The translations under genes were made by a program, and so were the position numbers. Positions 15,801-23,111 of a stretch of 42,254 nt of DNA are shown piece by piece. Location: the NCBI GenBank assembly GCA_035707385.1, contig DASSUD010000322.1, forward strand, positions 1-42,254, in the 5' to 3' direction. Within the stretch, counting starts at the first letter, position 1. Every line of letters starts with the position of its first letter. Under the pieces are notes generated by a model. It saw only the letters and a list, made by a program, of their open reading frames with translations, did no database searches and had not been told where the DNA came from. The stretch is from Acidimicrobiales bacterium (GTDB lineage Bacteria; Actinomycetota; Acidimicrobiia; Acidimicrobiales; VFJN01).

Positions 15801-17290
15801 AGCCGCTCGTCGCCGCAGACGACCGCCACGGCGCCGGGCGTGCGGGCCACCTGGGCCTCCACCAGGTCGTGGAGCCGCAGGCCGGCGTGGAGCTCCGGCC
15901 GGTCGGCGAGGTCCCCGGCGCCGAGGCGGGCGGCGTCGCCCGCCTCCACCAGCGGCAGCTCCGACAGGCGGGCGCCCGGGTCCGTGGCCACCGCGTCCAG
16001 CAGGCGGACGAAGTGGTCGAGCACCTGGGTGGCCAGGGCGCGGTCGTAGAGATCGGTGGCGTGCTCCAGGGCCAGCAGCAGGCCGCCGTCGCGCGGGTGC
16101 ACGTCGAGCGACAGGTCGAACTGGGACGTGCCGGTGTCCACGGGCAGGGGCTCGACCTCGAGGCCGGGTAGCGACAGGACCCGGTCGGGCACGTTCATGA
16201 GCACGAGCATGTGCTGGAACAGCGGGTTGCGGCCGGGCGACCGGTCGGGCCGCAGCGCCTGGACGACCTGGCCGAACGGGGCGCCCTGGTGGGGGAGGCC
16301 GGCCAGCACCTCGGACCGGATCCGGGCCAGCGCCTCCGCGAAGGTGGGGTCGCCGGCCAGGTCGCAGCGCAGGGCGACCGTGTTGGTGAACAGGCCGACC
16401 GCGTCGCGCGCGCCTGGCGCGTCGCGATCGGCCACGGGGACGCCCACGGTGACGGTGTCGCCCGCGCCGTAGCGGGACAGCAGCGCCGCCCACTGCGTGA
16501 GCAGGACCATGAACAGCGAGGCCCGCTCCCGGCGGGCCAGCGCGGCGAGGGCGGCTGTGCGGTCCGGGTCGATGCGGGCGCGCACGACGCCGCCGGCGAA
16601 GCTCTGGGTGGCGGGGCGGGGCTCGGCGGTGGGCAGCCCCTCGTCCGGGGCGTCGAGGAGCCGCCGGCACCAGTGGGCCACCGCCGGGTCGAACGCGCCC
16701 TCGTCGGCCCGGCGTCGCTGGTCGTCCGCCCAATCGTTGTAGGACCGGGGCGCCGGGACCACGTCGGCCGGCCCCCGGCCGAGCTCCTGGCCGTACAGCT
16801 CCCGCAGCTCGGCGAACACGACACCGCTCGACCACCCGTCGCACACCGTGTGGTGGGCGGTCAGCACGAAGACGTGGTCGTCCGGCCCGACGCGCAGCAG
16901 GGTGGTGCGGACGAGCGGACCGCGCGCCAGGTCGAAGGGCTCGCGGGCCAGCGCGTCGACGGCCTGCGCCAGTCCGCCCGCCGTCACCTCGCCGCGGGCG
17001 AGAGCGGCGGCCGCGCCGGGCGGCGCCACCTCGACGTCGGGGACGCCGCCCACGTCCACGAAGCGAGAGCGGAGGGCGTCGTGGCGGGAGATCACCCCGC
17101 CCACGGCCCGCTCCAGCGCCCCGGCGTCGAGCGGCCCGCGGAGCCGGTGGGCCCAGCACAGGTTGTAGAAGGCGCTGCCCGGCGCCAGGCGTTGCAGCAG
17201 CCACAGCCGCTCCTGGGCGAGCGAGGCGCGCGGCCGGGTGCGGCGACCGGCCCCGGCCTCCGGGCAGGCCGCGGCGTCGAGGTCGGTCAC
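12806..17290 (-). CDS. NRPS module C-A-T-E (condensation, adenylation, thiolation, epimerisation)
   Basis: Track ORF 12806..17473; likely start is GTG 17290..17288, overlapping the upstream A-T stop (GTGA). Approximate domain coordinates: C ~15974-17224 (AHHTVCDGWS); A ~14369-15886 (YTSGSTGRPKG, FTFDVVVWE, NVYGPTE, NGNGKVDR); T ~14129-14347 (FFQLGGDSIL); E ~12809-14077, with all E motifs (LTPAQSWFW, HHLVVDAVSWRVL, ELEGHGRGE, YTVGWFASLFP, AFNYAGRF). Hand-read A code: D-V-W-E-V-C-V-I-D-K. Confidence 0.95.
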   Translation of the reverse strand: MTDLDAAACPEAGAGRRTRPRASLAQERLWLLQRLAPGSAFYNLCWAHRLRGPLDAGALERAVGGVISRHDALRSRFVDVGGVPDVEVAPPGAAAALARGEVTAGGLAQAVDALAREPFDLARGPLVRTTLLRVGPDDHVFVLTAHHTVCDGWSSGVVFAELRELYGQELGRGPADVVPAPRSYNDWADDQRRRADEGAFDPAVAHWCRRLLDAPDEGLPTAEPRPATQSFAGGVVRARIDPDRTAALAALARRERASLFMVLLTQWAALLSRYGAGDTVTVGVPVADRDAPGARDAVGLFTNTVALRCDLAGDPTFAEALARIRSEVLAGLPHQGAPFGQVVQALRPDRSPGRNPLFQHMLVLMNVPDRVLSLPGLEVEPLPVDTGTSQFDLSLDVHPRDGGLLLALEHATDLYDRALATQVLDHFVRLLDAVATDPGARLSELPLVEAGDAARLGAGDLADRPELHAGLRLHDLVEAQVARTPGAVAVVCGDERLTYAELDARACRLAARLRAAGVGPGQAVGVLCGRSLTMAVGMLGVAKAGGAFVPLDPAWPASRVAMVLDDTGAAGVVTAPAWAPSVPGGAVVWLDEPAADGPPPAVACPATTRDLAHVFYTSGSTGRPKGVAVEHRSIVNRVRWAVEAYGIGAGDRILVNSPFTFDVVVWELFAPLFAGGRAIIATDAELASPAAVVAALAAHRITGTEFVPSLLTLCLEEPGIAGCGALRFVLCGSEAMPVTLPAVFHDRLGADLYNVYGPTETAIDSLYWLCERPGPGVPGGSGPVPLGVPIANTTVHVLDRRGRAVPPGVPGEIAIGGVGVARGYLNRPEETAARFVPDPFDPSGRGRLYRTGDLGLRRPDGRLEFRGRIDDQVKVNGVRVEPGEIEDALRRHPAVVDAAVVASEAGGHGGRRLIAFVVGPGVPGAADLRAHLAGLLPPGLVPSSFVARDALPVNGNGKVDRQVLAAEAGRLPARPAGDGAVAPRTPLEARIAALWQEVLAGGPVGVTDNFFQLGGDSILAMQVVVHAETRGLRLAPRDLFEHQTVAELAAHLAAAPGPVAAAGGGPEPAGPGAFALTPAQSWFWAQDFAEPAYFNDAVLLELAPACVPDRLLAALAAVVARHPELGLRFARDPGGEWTQSYADGPPVVPVAHVDLRGLAADDVERVRTDASVAAHRSLDPGAGALGAAALFDHGHRRDLLVVLHHLVVDAVSWRVLLEELRHAHAAGPGGPARRSAPLSRWVGTVGAAVARGALDPDVAFWSTQAGAPLPVDGHGGNTVRDIVLTRLSLGPEDTDRVVRAVPREAGVPVGAVLLTGLLGALEDWRGEPGAVVELEGHGRGEVPGDDVDLSYTVGWFASLFPVRFGEAATLRSVGATLASVPHRGASYGWLRHAHPDPGVRAAVAVPAPELAFNYAGRFDHLAPGAPFRQCPYPPAWLQAPAARRAHLLEINSFVLDHRLHLEWAHGRHRHRAGTVEALAGAMADRLRHLGRHHR

Positions 17291-19098
17291 GTCGCCGCGC
17301 CGCCCAGCACGCCCCGGACGGACGGCCGGTCGAAGAGGTCCTCGAGGGCCAGCTCCATCCCCAGGTCGGACTCGGCCCGCGCCACCAGCTCGACCGCCAG
17401 CAGCGAGTCGCCGCCGAGGTCGAAGAAGTCGTCGAGGACGCCGACCGCATCGAGCTCGAGCACCTCGGCCCACAGCCCCGCCAGGGCCGCCTCCCGGGGC
17501 TGGGCCGGTGGCTCGTAGGCGACGGACAGCACGGGCCGCTCCCGGCTCGCGGGGGGCAGCACCCGCCGGTCGACCTTGCCGTTGCGGGTGAGCGGCAGCT
17601 CGGGGAGGTGCACGACCTGGGACGGGACCATGTGCTCGGGGAGCCGGGCCGCCACGTGCCGCCGCAGCTCCTCCACCGCCGGCGGCGTGCTGCCGTCGCC
17701 CACCACGAAGGCGACGATGTGGTTGTCACCGCGGCGGCGCGTGCGCACGGCCGCCGCCGCCGCCCGCACGCCGGCGTGGGCAGCCAGCGCGGCCTCGACC
17801 TCGCCCAGCTCGACACGGTGGCCCCGCACCTTGACCTGGGTGTCCTGCCGGCCCAGGTAGACGAGGTCGCCGCCGTCGCCGACCCGGGCCAGGTCGCCGG
17901 TGCGGTACGTGCGCTCGCCGCACCCCGTCTCGCCGAAGCCACCACCGCCGGGTGGCTTCGCGCCGACGTAGCCGCGGGCCACGCACGTGCCCGCGATGTG
18001 GATCTCGCCCACGTCGCCGGCCGGCACCGGGCGCCCCGAGTCGTCCAGGAGGACCAGGCGCGTCCCCGGGATCGGGCGGCCGATCGGCACGGGCCCGTCG
18101 GGGACGGCGGCGCCGGCGGGGATGTCGTAGACACAGCAGCCGACCGTGGCTTCGGTCGGTCCATACTCGTTGGCGAAGGTGGTGGCGGGGTCGGCCGCCC
18201 GCCAGGCCCGCAGGTGCGCGCCGTGCAGTGCCTCGCCGCCGACCACCACGGTCCGGGCCAGGCCCCGCAGCGCCTCCGGCGGCAGCCCCGCGCCCAGCAG
18301 CTCCAGGTGCGACGGCGTGAGCTTGAGGACGCCGTAGCGGGGCCGCCGGCCGAGCCTCGCCAGCAGGGCGGCGGGACCGTCGGCGGCGAGCAGCTCGACG
18401 CAGCCGCCGCTGACGAGCGGGGCCAGCAGGCAGGTCAGCGTGAAGTCGAAGGTCACGGGGCTGTGCACCAGCGCCCGCTCGCCGGGCGCGAACCCGTAGT
18501 GGGCCACGGCCCAGTCGACGTAGGCCGCCAGGTTGCCGTGGGTCACCATCACCCCCTTGGGGGTGCCGGTCGAGCCCGACGTGTACAGGACGTAGGCGAC
18601 GTCGTCGGGGCCCACGGGAGCCGGCCGCGGCGGCAACGGGCCGTACCCGCCGGAGCGGGCCACGATCCCGACCCGGTGGCGTGTCCAGGGCCCCACCGGG
18701 AACCGGTCGCCCCCGTCCCCGCTCGTGTCGAGGACCAGGCGGACCCCGGCCCGGGCCGCCATGTCGGCCAGGCGGGACGGAGGCTCGTCCGGGTCGAGGG
18801 GAACGTAGGCGGCCCCGGCCCGCATCACGCCCAGCACCGCGGCCACCATCTCCGGGGTCCGCCGGGCCGACACCCCCACCGCGCCGCCGGGGCCGGCTCC
18901 GGCCCGCTCGAGGGCGGTGGCCACGTCGGCCGCGCAGCGGTCGAGCTGCGCGTAGGTCCAGGCCGTGCCCGCGTCGGGCGCGACGGCCTGCGCCTCCGGG
19001 TGCGCCGCGACCCGGTGCTCGAACCCGGCCAGGACGGAGCGCCAGGGGACGGCGGCCGCTCCGCGGCCCGCGGGGGCGTCAGCGGTCATCGATTCCAT
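17287..19098 (-). CDS. NRPS A-T didomain protein (adenylation plus thiolation)
   Basis: C-terminal 603 aa of track ORF 17287..20052, from ATG 19098 (MESMTADAP). An alternative ATG at 19089 overlaps the dioxygenase stop (ATGA). Motifs: YTSGSTGTPKG, VTFDFTLTC, NEYGPTEAT, YRTGDL, TRNGKVDRR, FFDLGGDSLL. Hand-read code D-F-T-K-V-V-E-V-G-K matches the Asn code DATKVGEVGK at 8 of 10 positions. Confidence 0.9.
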   Translation of the reverse strand: MESMTADAPAGRGAAAVPWRSVLAGFEHRVAAHPEAQAVAPDAGTAWTYAQLDRCAADVATALERAGAGPGGAVGVSARRTPEMVAAVLGVMRAGAAYVPLDPDEPPSRLADMAARAGVRLVLDTSGDGGDRFPVGPWTRHRVGIVARSGGYGPLPPRPAPVGPDDVAYVLYTSGSTGTPKGVMVTHGNLAAYVDWAVAHYGFAPGERALVHSPVTFDFTLTCLLAPLVSGGCVELLAADGPAALLARLGRRPRYGVLKLTPSHLELLGAGLPPEALRGLARTVVVGGEALHGAHLRAWRAADPATTFANEYGPTEATVGCCVYDIPAGAAVPDGPVPIGRPIPGTRLVLLDDSGRPVPAGDVGEIHIAGTCVARGYVGAKPPGGGGFGETGCGERTYRTGDLARVGDGGDLVYLGRQDTQVKVRGHRVELGEVEAALAAHAGVRAAAAAVRTRRRGDNHIVAFVVGDGSTPPAVEELRRHVAARLPEHMVPSQVVHLPELPLTRNGKVDRRVLPPASRERPVLSVAYEPPAQPREAALAGLWAEVLELDAVGVLDDFFDLGGDSLLAVELVARAESDLGMELALEDLFDRPSVRGVLGGAAT

Positions 19099-20054
19099 CC
19101 GGGCTCCTCCGGGACCTCGCGACCGCGCCCGTCGGCGCGGTGCCACTCGTCGACCATCGCCACCACCACCTCGCGCGGCCCGGCGTAGGGGGCCCGGGCG
19201 TGCGCGCATAGCATGTTGTCCACCACCAGCACGTCCCCGGCCCGCCAGGCGCCGGCCACCGTCTCGGCGGCGTAGGCGTCCCGCACCTCGTCGAGGTGGC
19301 CGGCCGGGATGTCGTCCCCGTCGCCGAAGTACGAGTTGGAGGCCCGGGCGCCGGGCGGCACCCGCTCCATCGACCGCCGCAGCCAGTCCGGTTCGAGGCC
19401 CCGCACGTGGAACAGCAGGGCGTGGTTGAACCACACCTCCTGGCCCGACACCGGGTGGGTCTCGACCGCGGGCGCCGCCTGCCGGGTCGAGAGCTCGTCG
19501 CCGCGCCAGCGCCACGCCATCCCCCGCGACCGGCAGTGGGCCTCGACGGCGCCGGGATCGCCGGTGCCGAACGCGTCCTGCCAACCGACGCCGGAACGGC
19601 CCGAGTAGTTGCGCTCGTAGAGGAGTCCACGGGCGGTGAACTCCGCCCGCGTGGCCGGGCTCAGCCGGGCCAGCACGGCCCCCGAGTCGGCCAGCAGGGT
19701 CTCGCCGCCCTCGCCGGGCGGCCGCAGGCAGGCGAACAGCACCAGCCGCGGCCAGCAGGCCGCGTAGGAGAACTCGTTGTGGAACTGGATCGGGAAGCGG
19801 GCGGGGTAGTCGGTCGAGGTCCACACCCCGTCGTCCAGGCGGGTCCGGGGCGACGACTCCTCGGGCAGGGCGGGCACCACGCGGCCGAGCGCGGACGCGG
19901 CCCGCCGCAGGTCGGCGGCGGACGCCACGCCGGTGCCCCGCACCCGGACGGCGCCGTGGCGGGCCACCAGGTCCGCCAGGTGGCCCACCACACCGGTGTC
20001 CGGCACCGCGTCGCGCCCGCCGAAGCCACCCAGCTCCGAGGCGGGGAGGCACAT
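19086..20054 (-). CDS. Fe(II)/2-oxoglutarate-dependent dioxygenase, TauD/TfdA (SyrP/AsnO-like) family
   Basis: C-terminal 322 aa of track ORF 19086..21125, from ATG 20054 (alternative ATG at 20126). FPIQFHNEFSY provides an H-x-E facial-triad motif; also GGETLLAD and VVDNMLCAHARAPY (distal His/Arg). It is immediately upstream of, and overlaps, the A-T gene. Confidence 0.8.
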   Translation of the reverse strand: MCLPASELGGFGGRDAVPDTGVVGHLADLVARHGAVRVRGTGVASAADLRRAASALGRVVPALPEESSPRTRLDDGVWTSTDYPARFPIQFHNEFSYAACWPRLVLFACLRPPGEGGETLLADSGAVLARLSPATRAEFTARGLLYERNYSGRSGVGWQDAFGTGDPGAVEAHCRSRGMAWRWRGDELSTRQAAPAVETHPVSGQEVWFNHALLFHVRGLEPDWLRRSMERVPPGARASNSYFGDGDDIPAGHLDEVRDAYAAETVAGAWRAGDVLVVDNMLCAHARAPYAGPREVVVAMVDEWHRADGRGREVPEEPGWNR

Positions 20055-20144
20055 GAGGTCCCTGGGCTCTGCTCGCACGTGCCTGACCGGTGCCTCTCGT
20101 GTCGGGGCCTTACCGGGGTCGAGCATGGTGGTCACACTGCGGGC
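20055..20144. promoter_or_regulatory. Divergent promoter region between the dioxygenase-NRPS operon (-) and the sbnB-like gene (+)
   Basis: A 90-bp gap if the 20054 start is used. It contains the hexamer GTGCCT twice with 11-bp spacing (20079-20084 and 20090-20095). Confidence 0.4.
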
Positions 20145-21200
20145 ATGGGATCCCCCTCCGGTCGAGCGCCCGCCGACGATCACGTTCTCTACCTGGACAA
20201 CGAGGCGGTGCTGGCGCACCTGGCCGGCGTCGACGTCGTGGAGGTCGTGGCCGCCGTGCTCGCGGCCCACCGTGACGGCCGGACCGTGCTGCCCGAGGAG
20301 GCCGCGCTGTACTGGCCGACGCCGGCCGGGGCGACGGCGCGGAGCCTGGCGCTGCCCGCGCTCGTCGAGGGACCGGGTGGCCCGGTCGCCGGCCTCAAGG
20401 TCATCAACGCCAACCCCGCCAACGTGGCCCGCGGTCTGCCGCGGGCGAGCGGGATCCTGGTCCTGTTCGACCCGGAGACCGCCCGGGTCACCGCCGTCCT
20501 CCAGGCCGAGCACATCTCGAGCCGGCGCACCGCCGCGGTCACGGCGGTGGCGGTGCGCCACCTCGCTCCCGGGGCCCGTTCGCTCGCCCTCATCGGCTGC
20601 GGCGCCCTCGCCCGCGCCCACCTCGACGTGTGCCCGGCCGAGCTGGCGGACCTCACCACCCTGACGCTGTTCGACCTCGACCGGGGTCGGGCCGAGGCCC
20701 TGGCCGCCGAGGCCCGCCGCCGGCCGGAGCTGGCCAGGGTCGAGGTCGCCGTCGCGCCCGGCGCCCGAGCCGCTGTCGAGGGCAGCGAGGTGGTGGTCCC
20801 GGTCACGACCGTGACCGAGCCCTACATCACCGCCGACTGGCTCGCCGGCACCCGCATGGTGGTGAACGTGTCGCTCGACGACTGCGCCCGGGACGTCTTC
20901 CAGGACTGCGACGTGCTGGTCGTCGACGACTGGGATCTGGTGGCGGCGGACACGCGCCGCCTGCTCGGCGTCCTGGCGGCCGAGGGCGCCGTCACCCCGC
21001 CCGGGAGCCCGGCGGGCGGGGGCGGGCGCCCCGTCGACGCGACCCTCGGCGACGTGATGGCGTCGGGCCCGGGCCGGTCGAACGGTGAGCTGGTGGTCGT
21101 CAACCCCTTCGGCATGGGCGTCCACGACGTCGCCCTGGGCGGCGAGGTCCTCGCCCGGGCCACCCGCGGCGGCCGGGGCGGCCTACGCCTGTCCCGCTGA
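20145..21200 (+). CDS. sbnB: Ornithine cyclodeaminase/mu-crystallin family dehydrogenase, SbnB/VioK-like
   Basis: In frame within track ORF 19296..21200, from ATG 20145 (MGSPSGRAPADDHVLYLDNEAV). OCD-family features: GLKVINANP, SSRRTAAVTAVAVRHLA, LALIGCGALARAHL (Rossmann), VVNPFGMGVHDVAL. A SbnA-like partner lies at 24948. Confidence 0.8.
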   Translation: MGSPSGRAPADDHVLYLDNEAVLAHLAGVDVVEVVAAVLAAHRDGRTVLPEEAALYWPTPAGATARSLALPALVEGPGGPVAGLKVINANPANVARGLPRASGILVLFDPETARVTAVLQAEHISSRRTAAVTAVAVRHLAPGARSLALIGCGALARAHLDVCPAELADLTTLTLFDLDRGRAEALAAEARRRPELARVEVAVAPGARAAVEGSEVVVPVTTVTEPYITADWLAGTRMVVNVSLDDCARDVFQDCDVLVVDDWDLVAADTRRLLGVLAAEGAVTPPGSPAGGGGRPVDATLGDVMASGPGRSNGELVVVNPFGMGVHDVALGGEVLARATRGGRGGLRLSR

Positions 21201-23111
21201 GCCGCCGGGCCCGGCGTCGATCTCCACCGCCCGCTCCAGCGTGGGGCCGAGGGCCGCCCACGCCGCGGCGACGGCCTCCGGCCCGTGCTCGGACACCACC
21301 ACCAGGTAGGGCGGTAGCTCGTAGCGGCGGGCCCGCTCCCCGAGCGCCGGCACGTCGTAGAGCACCGACGGCATCCATCGCCCACCGAAGCGCGTCTCGG
21401 CGGCGCCCGGGAAGACGAGGCCGGCCGTCAGGTCACCGGCCGTGAACGCGGTCCACGGTGCCGGGCCGGGCGGGATCGGCGAGCGGAGGAACTCGAAGTT
21501 GGGGGACCCGTAGGGGAGCGGGCCGGCGGGGGCCGGGCCGCCGCCCGGTGCCGGAAGGGACAGCGCGGGCGCCCGGAGGCACACCCGCGGCCAGGTCCGC
21601 AGCCACCGGGCGCCCCCGGAGGACGCACCCTCCAGCTCGACCGTGGTCTCCACCCGCAGCACGCCGTCCGCCACGACCGCGAAGGACCGTCGCACCAGCA
21701 GGCGGCGCAGGCCGCGCTCGTCGGCCCGCTCGGCCAGGCTCTCGTGCAACTCGATCCACCGGTTGGCGGAGCTCCGCAGCTCCAGCCCGCCGACCGCCGG
21801 CCGGGTCACGTCCTCGATCCGGCGGGCCACCGGCGCCTTGTGGCCGCCGGGGAACGGGGGACCGACGTCGGGCCACAGCTCGCGGACGGCGACCTCGCCG
21901 CCCACGGTCGCCCCCAGCTCACCCGTGGTGCCGTCGAGCCGGAACGTCACCGGCCCGCTCGCCGCCTCCCAACCGCCGGGCCGGGGCACGAAGGCGGGCG
22001 CTGCCGGGCCGCCGGCGGCCCGCACGTCGAACCACGTGGACGTCCGCCAGGTCCGGGACCGCCCCGGGGCCTCCGGCTCGTCGATCTCGACCGCCAGGTG
22101 GACCTCCCGGCGCCCTGGCCCCGGGGCCGGCACCGTGAGCCGGCACCGCAGCTCCTCCCGCGACGCCAGGGTGCCGGCGAACAGGGTTCGGTGCCCGACG
22201 TCGTCGCGCACCACGGCCCGCGCCGGCGCGTCGGCCCGGTTGACCACGCGGAAGTGGACCGTCACGTCCTGGCCGGCCGGCATCGACCGGCCGCCCTCGG
22301 GCCAGCAGGCCACCTCCTGGCTGCGGCCGCCGACGGCGGCCACGCGGTCGGTCTCCCGGTCGACGAGCAGCACCACGTGTTCGTCGCCGGGCAGGCGCAG
22401 CTCGTAGGCGAGCACCTCGACGCCGTGCCAGTCGAGGACGTCGACACCGGACCGCCGGGCCCGCCGCGGGAACAGCTTGACGATGTCGCGGCGGCCGGCC
22501 AGCCAGCTCGCCGGCACGGTGCTGGACGCCCGCAGGGCGGTGACCAGGTAGCGCACGATCATCGGCATGTGCGTCTCGAACAGCACGCACCCGTCCTCGC
22601 ACGGCTCGCCCGTGATCTGCTGGAAGCCCATGCGGCGGTACAGGCGCTGGGGCCGGTCGTTGCCCACTTCGACGTGGCCGTCGACCCGGTCGTAGCCGCG
22701 GCTGACGGCGTCGACGGCGACGGTCATCATCAGGTGGGCGGCCAGGCCGGTCGACACGTAGGCGGGGTGGACCACGACGTGCTCGCCGAAGACGCTGTTG
22801 GCGCGGCTGCCCCGCTGCACCGACGTGGGTGTGACCGCGATGCAGCCGACCACGCCGCGCTCGGCCACCGCCACCATCACCTCGACGGCGCCCCACTCGT
22901 CGAGCCCGCGGCGCAGGTCATCGGGGGTGAAGGAGTGGCCGTCGCGGAACGGCCCCCAGCCCCGCAGCTCGAACAGCGCGCACAGCGACTCGATGTCCCC
23001 CGGCTCCAGGGCCCGGATCGTGTAGCCGCCGCGCGCGCCCGGCCGGACGTCACGCGTGTCCTCGATCACGTCGCCGACCATCCCCCCCGGCTCCGTCACG
23101 TCGCCGACCAT
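21183..23111 (-). CDS. GNAT N-acetyltransferase fused to a ~450-aa uncharacterised C-terminal domain
   Basis: ORF 21183..23111, 642 aa (alternative start ATG 23081). The N-terminal ~170 aa are GNAT-like (YTIRALEPGDIESL..., VVGCIAV..., RLYRRMGFQ). I cannot assign the remaining beta-rich sequence to any family by eye. Confidence 0.75.
   Translation of the reverse strand: MVGDVTEPGGMVGDVIEDTRDVRPGARGGYTIRALEPGDIESLCALFELRGWGPFRDGHSFTPDDLRRGLDEWGAVEVMVAVAERGVVGCIAVTPTSVQRGSRANSVFGEHVVVHPAYVSTGLAAHLMMTVAVDAVSRGYDRVDGHVEVGNDRPQRLYRRMGFQQITGEPCEDGCVLFETHMPMIVRYLVTALRASSTVPASWLAGRRDIVKLFPRRARRSGVDVLDWHGVEVLAYELRLPGDEHVVLLVDRETDRVAAVGGRSQEVACWPEGGRSMPAGQDVTVHFRVVNRADAPARAVVRDDVGHRTLFAGTLASREELRCRLTVPAPGPGRREVHLAVEIDEPEAPGRSRTWRTSTWFDVRAAGGPAAPAFVPRPGGWEAASGPVTFRLDGTTGELGATVGGEVAVRELWPDVGPPFPGGHKAPVARRIEDVTRPAVGGLELRSSANRWIELHESLAERADERGLRRLLVRRSFAVVADGVLRVETTVELEGASSGGARWLRTWPRVCLRAPALSLPAPGGGPAPAGPLPYGSPNFEFLRSPIPPGPAPWTAFTAGDLTAGLVFPGAAETRFGGRWMPSVLYDVPALGERARRYELPPYLVVVSEHGPEAVAAAWAALGPTLERAVEIDAGPGGSAGQA
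23066..23111. repeat. Perfect 16-nt direct repeat TCACGTCGCCGACCAT, two copies 30 nt apart
   Basis: Copies at 23066-23081 and 23096-23111. Each contains a reverse-strand ATG and a reverse-strand TGA. This encodes the duplicated MVGDV at the N-terminus of the GNAT ORF; the upstream copy carries the StrR-like stop codon. Confidence 0.9.

Noticed and set aside
12666-18164. 1832-aa minus-strand ORF, the longest in the track, spanning the NRPS region
   Set aside because: It is an alternative frame of the true NRPS genes (12806-17290 and 17287-19098). The translation is almost pure Arg/Pro/Gly/Ala with no NRPS motifs, which is the typical stop-free off-frame product of high-GC DNA.
4384-20054. Isonitrile lipopeptide (Rv0096-0101 / ScoA-E-type) cluster, because of the TauD-like + acyl-AMP ligase + ACP + hot-dog + NRPS combination
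   Set aside because: The hot-dog protein is a double MaoC hydratase with an intact hydratase-2 motif, not an Rv0098/ScoD-type thioesterase. The dioxygenase is coupled to an Asn-code A-T didomain. The NRPS ends in an E domain rather than a reductase. Dioxygenase phylogeny should still be checked.
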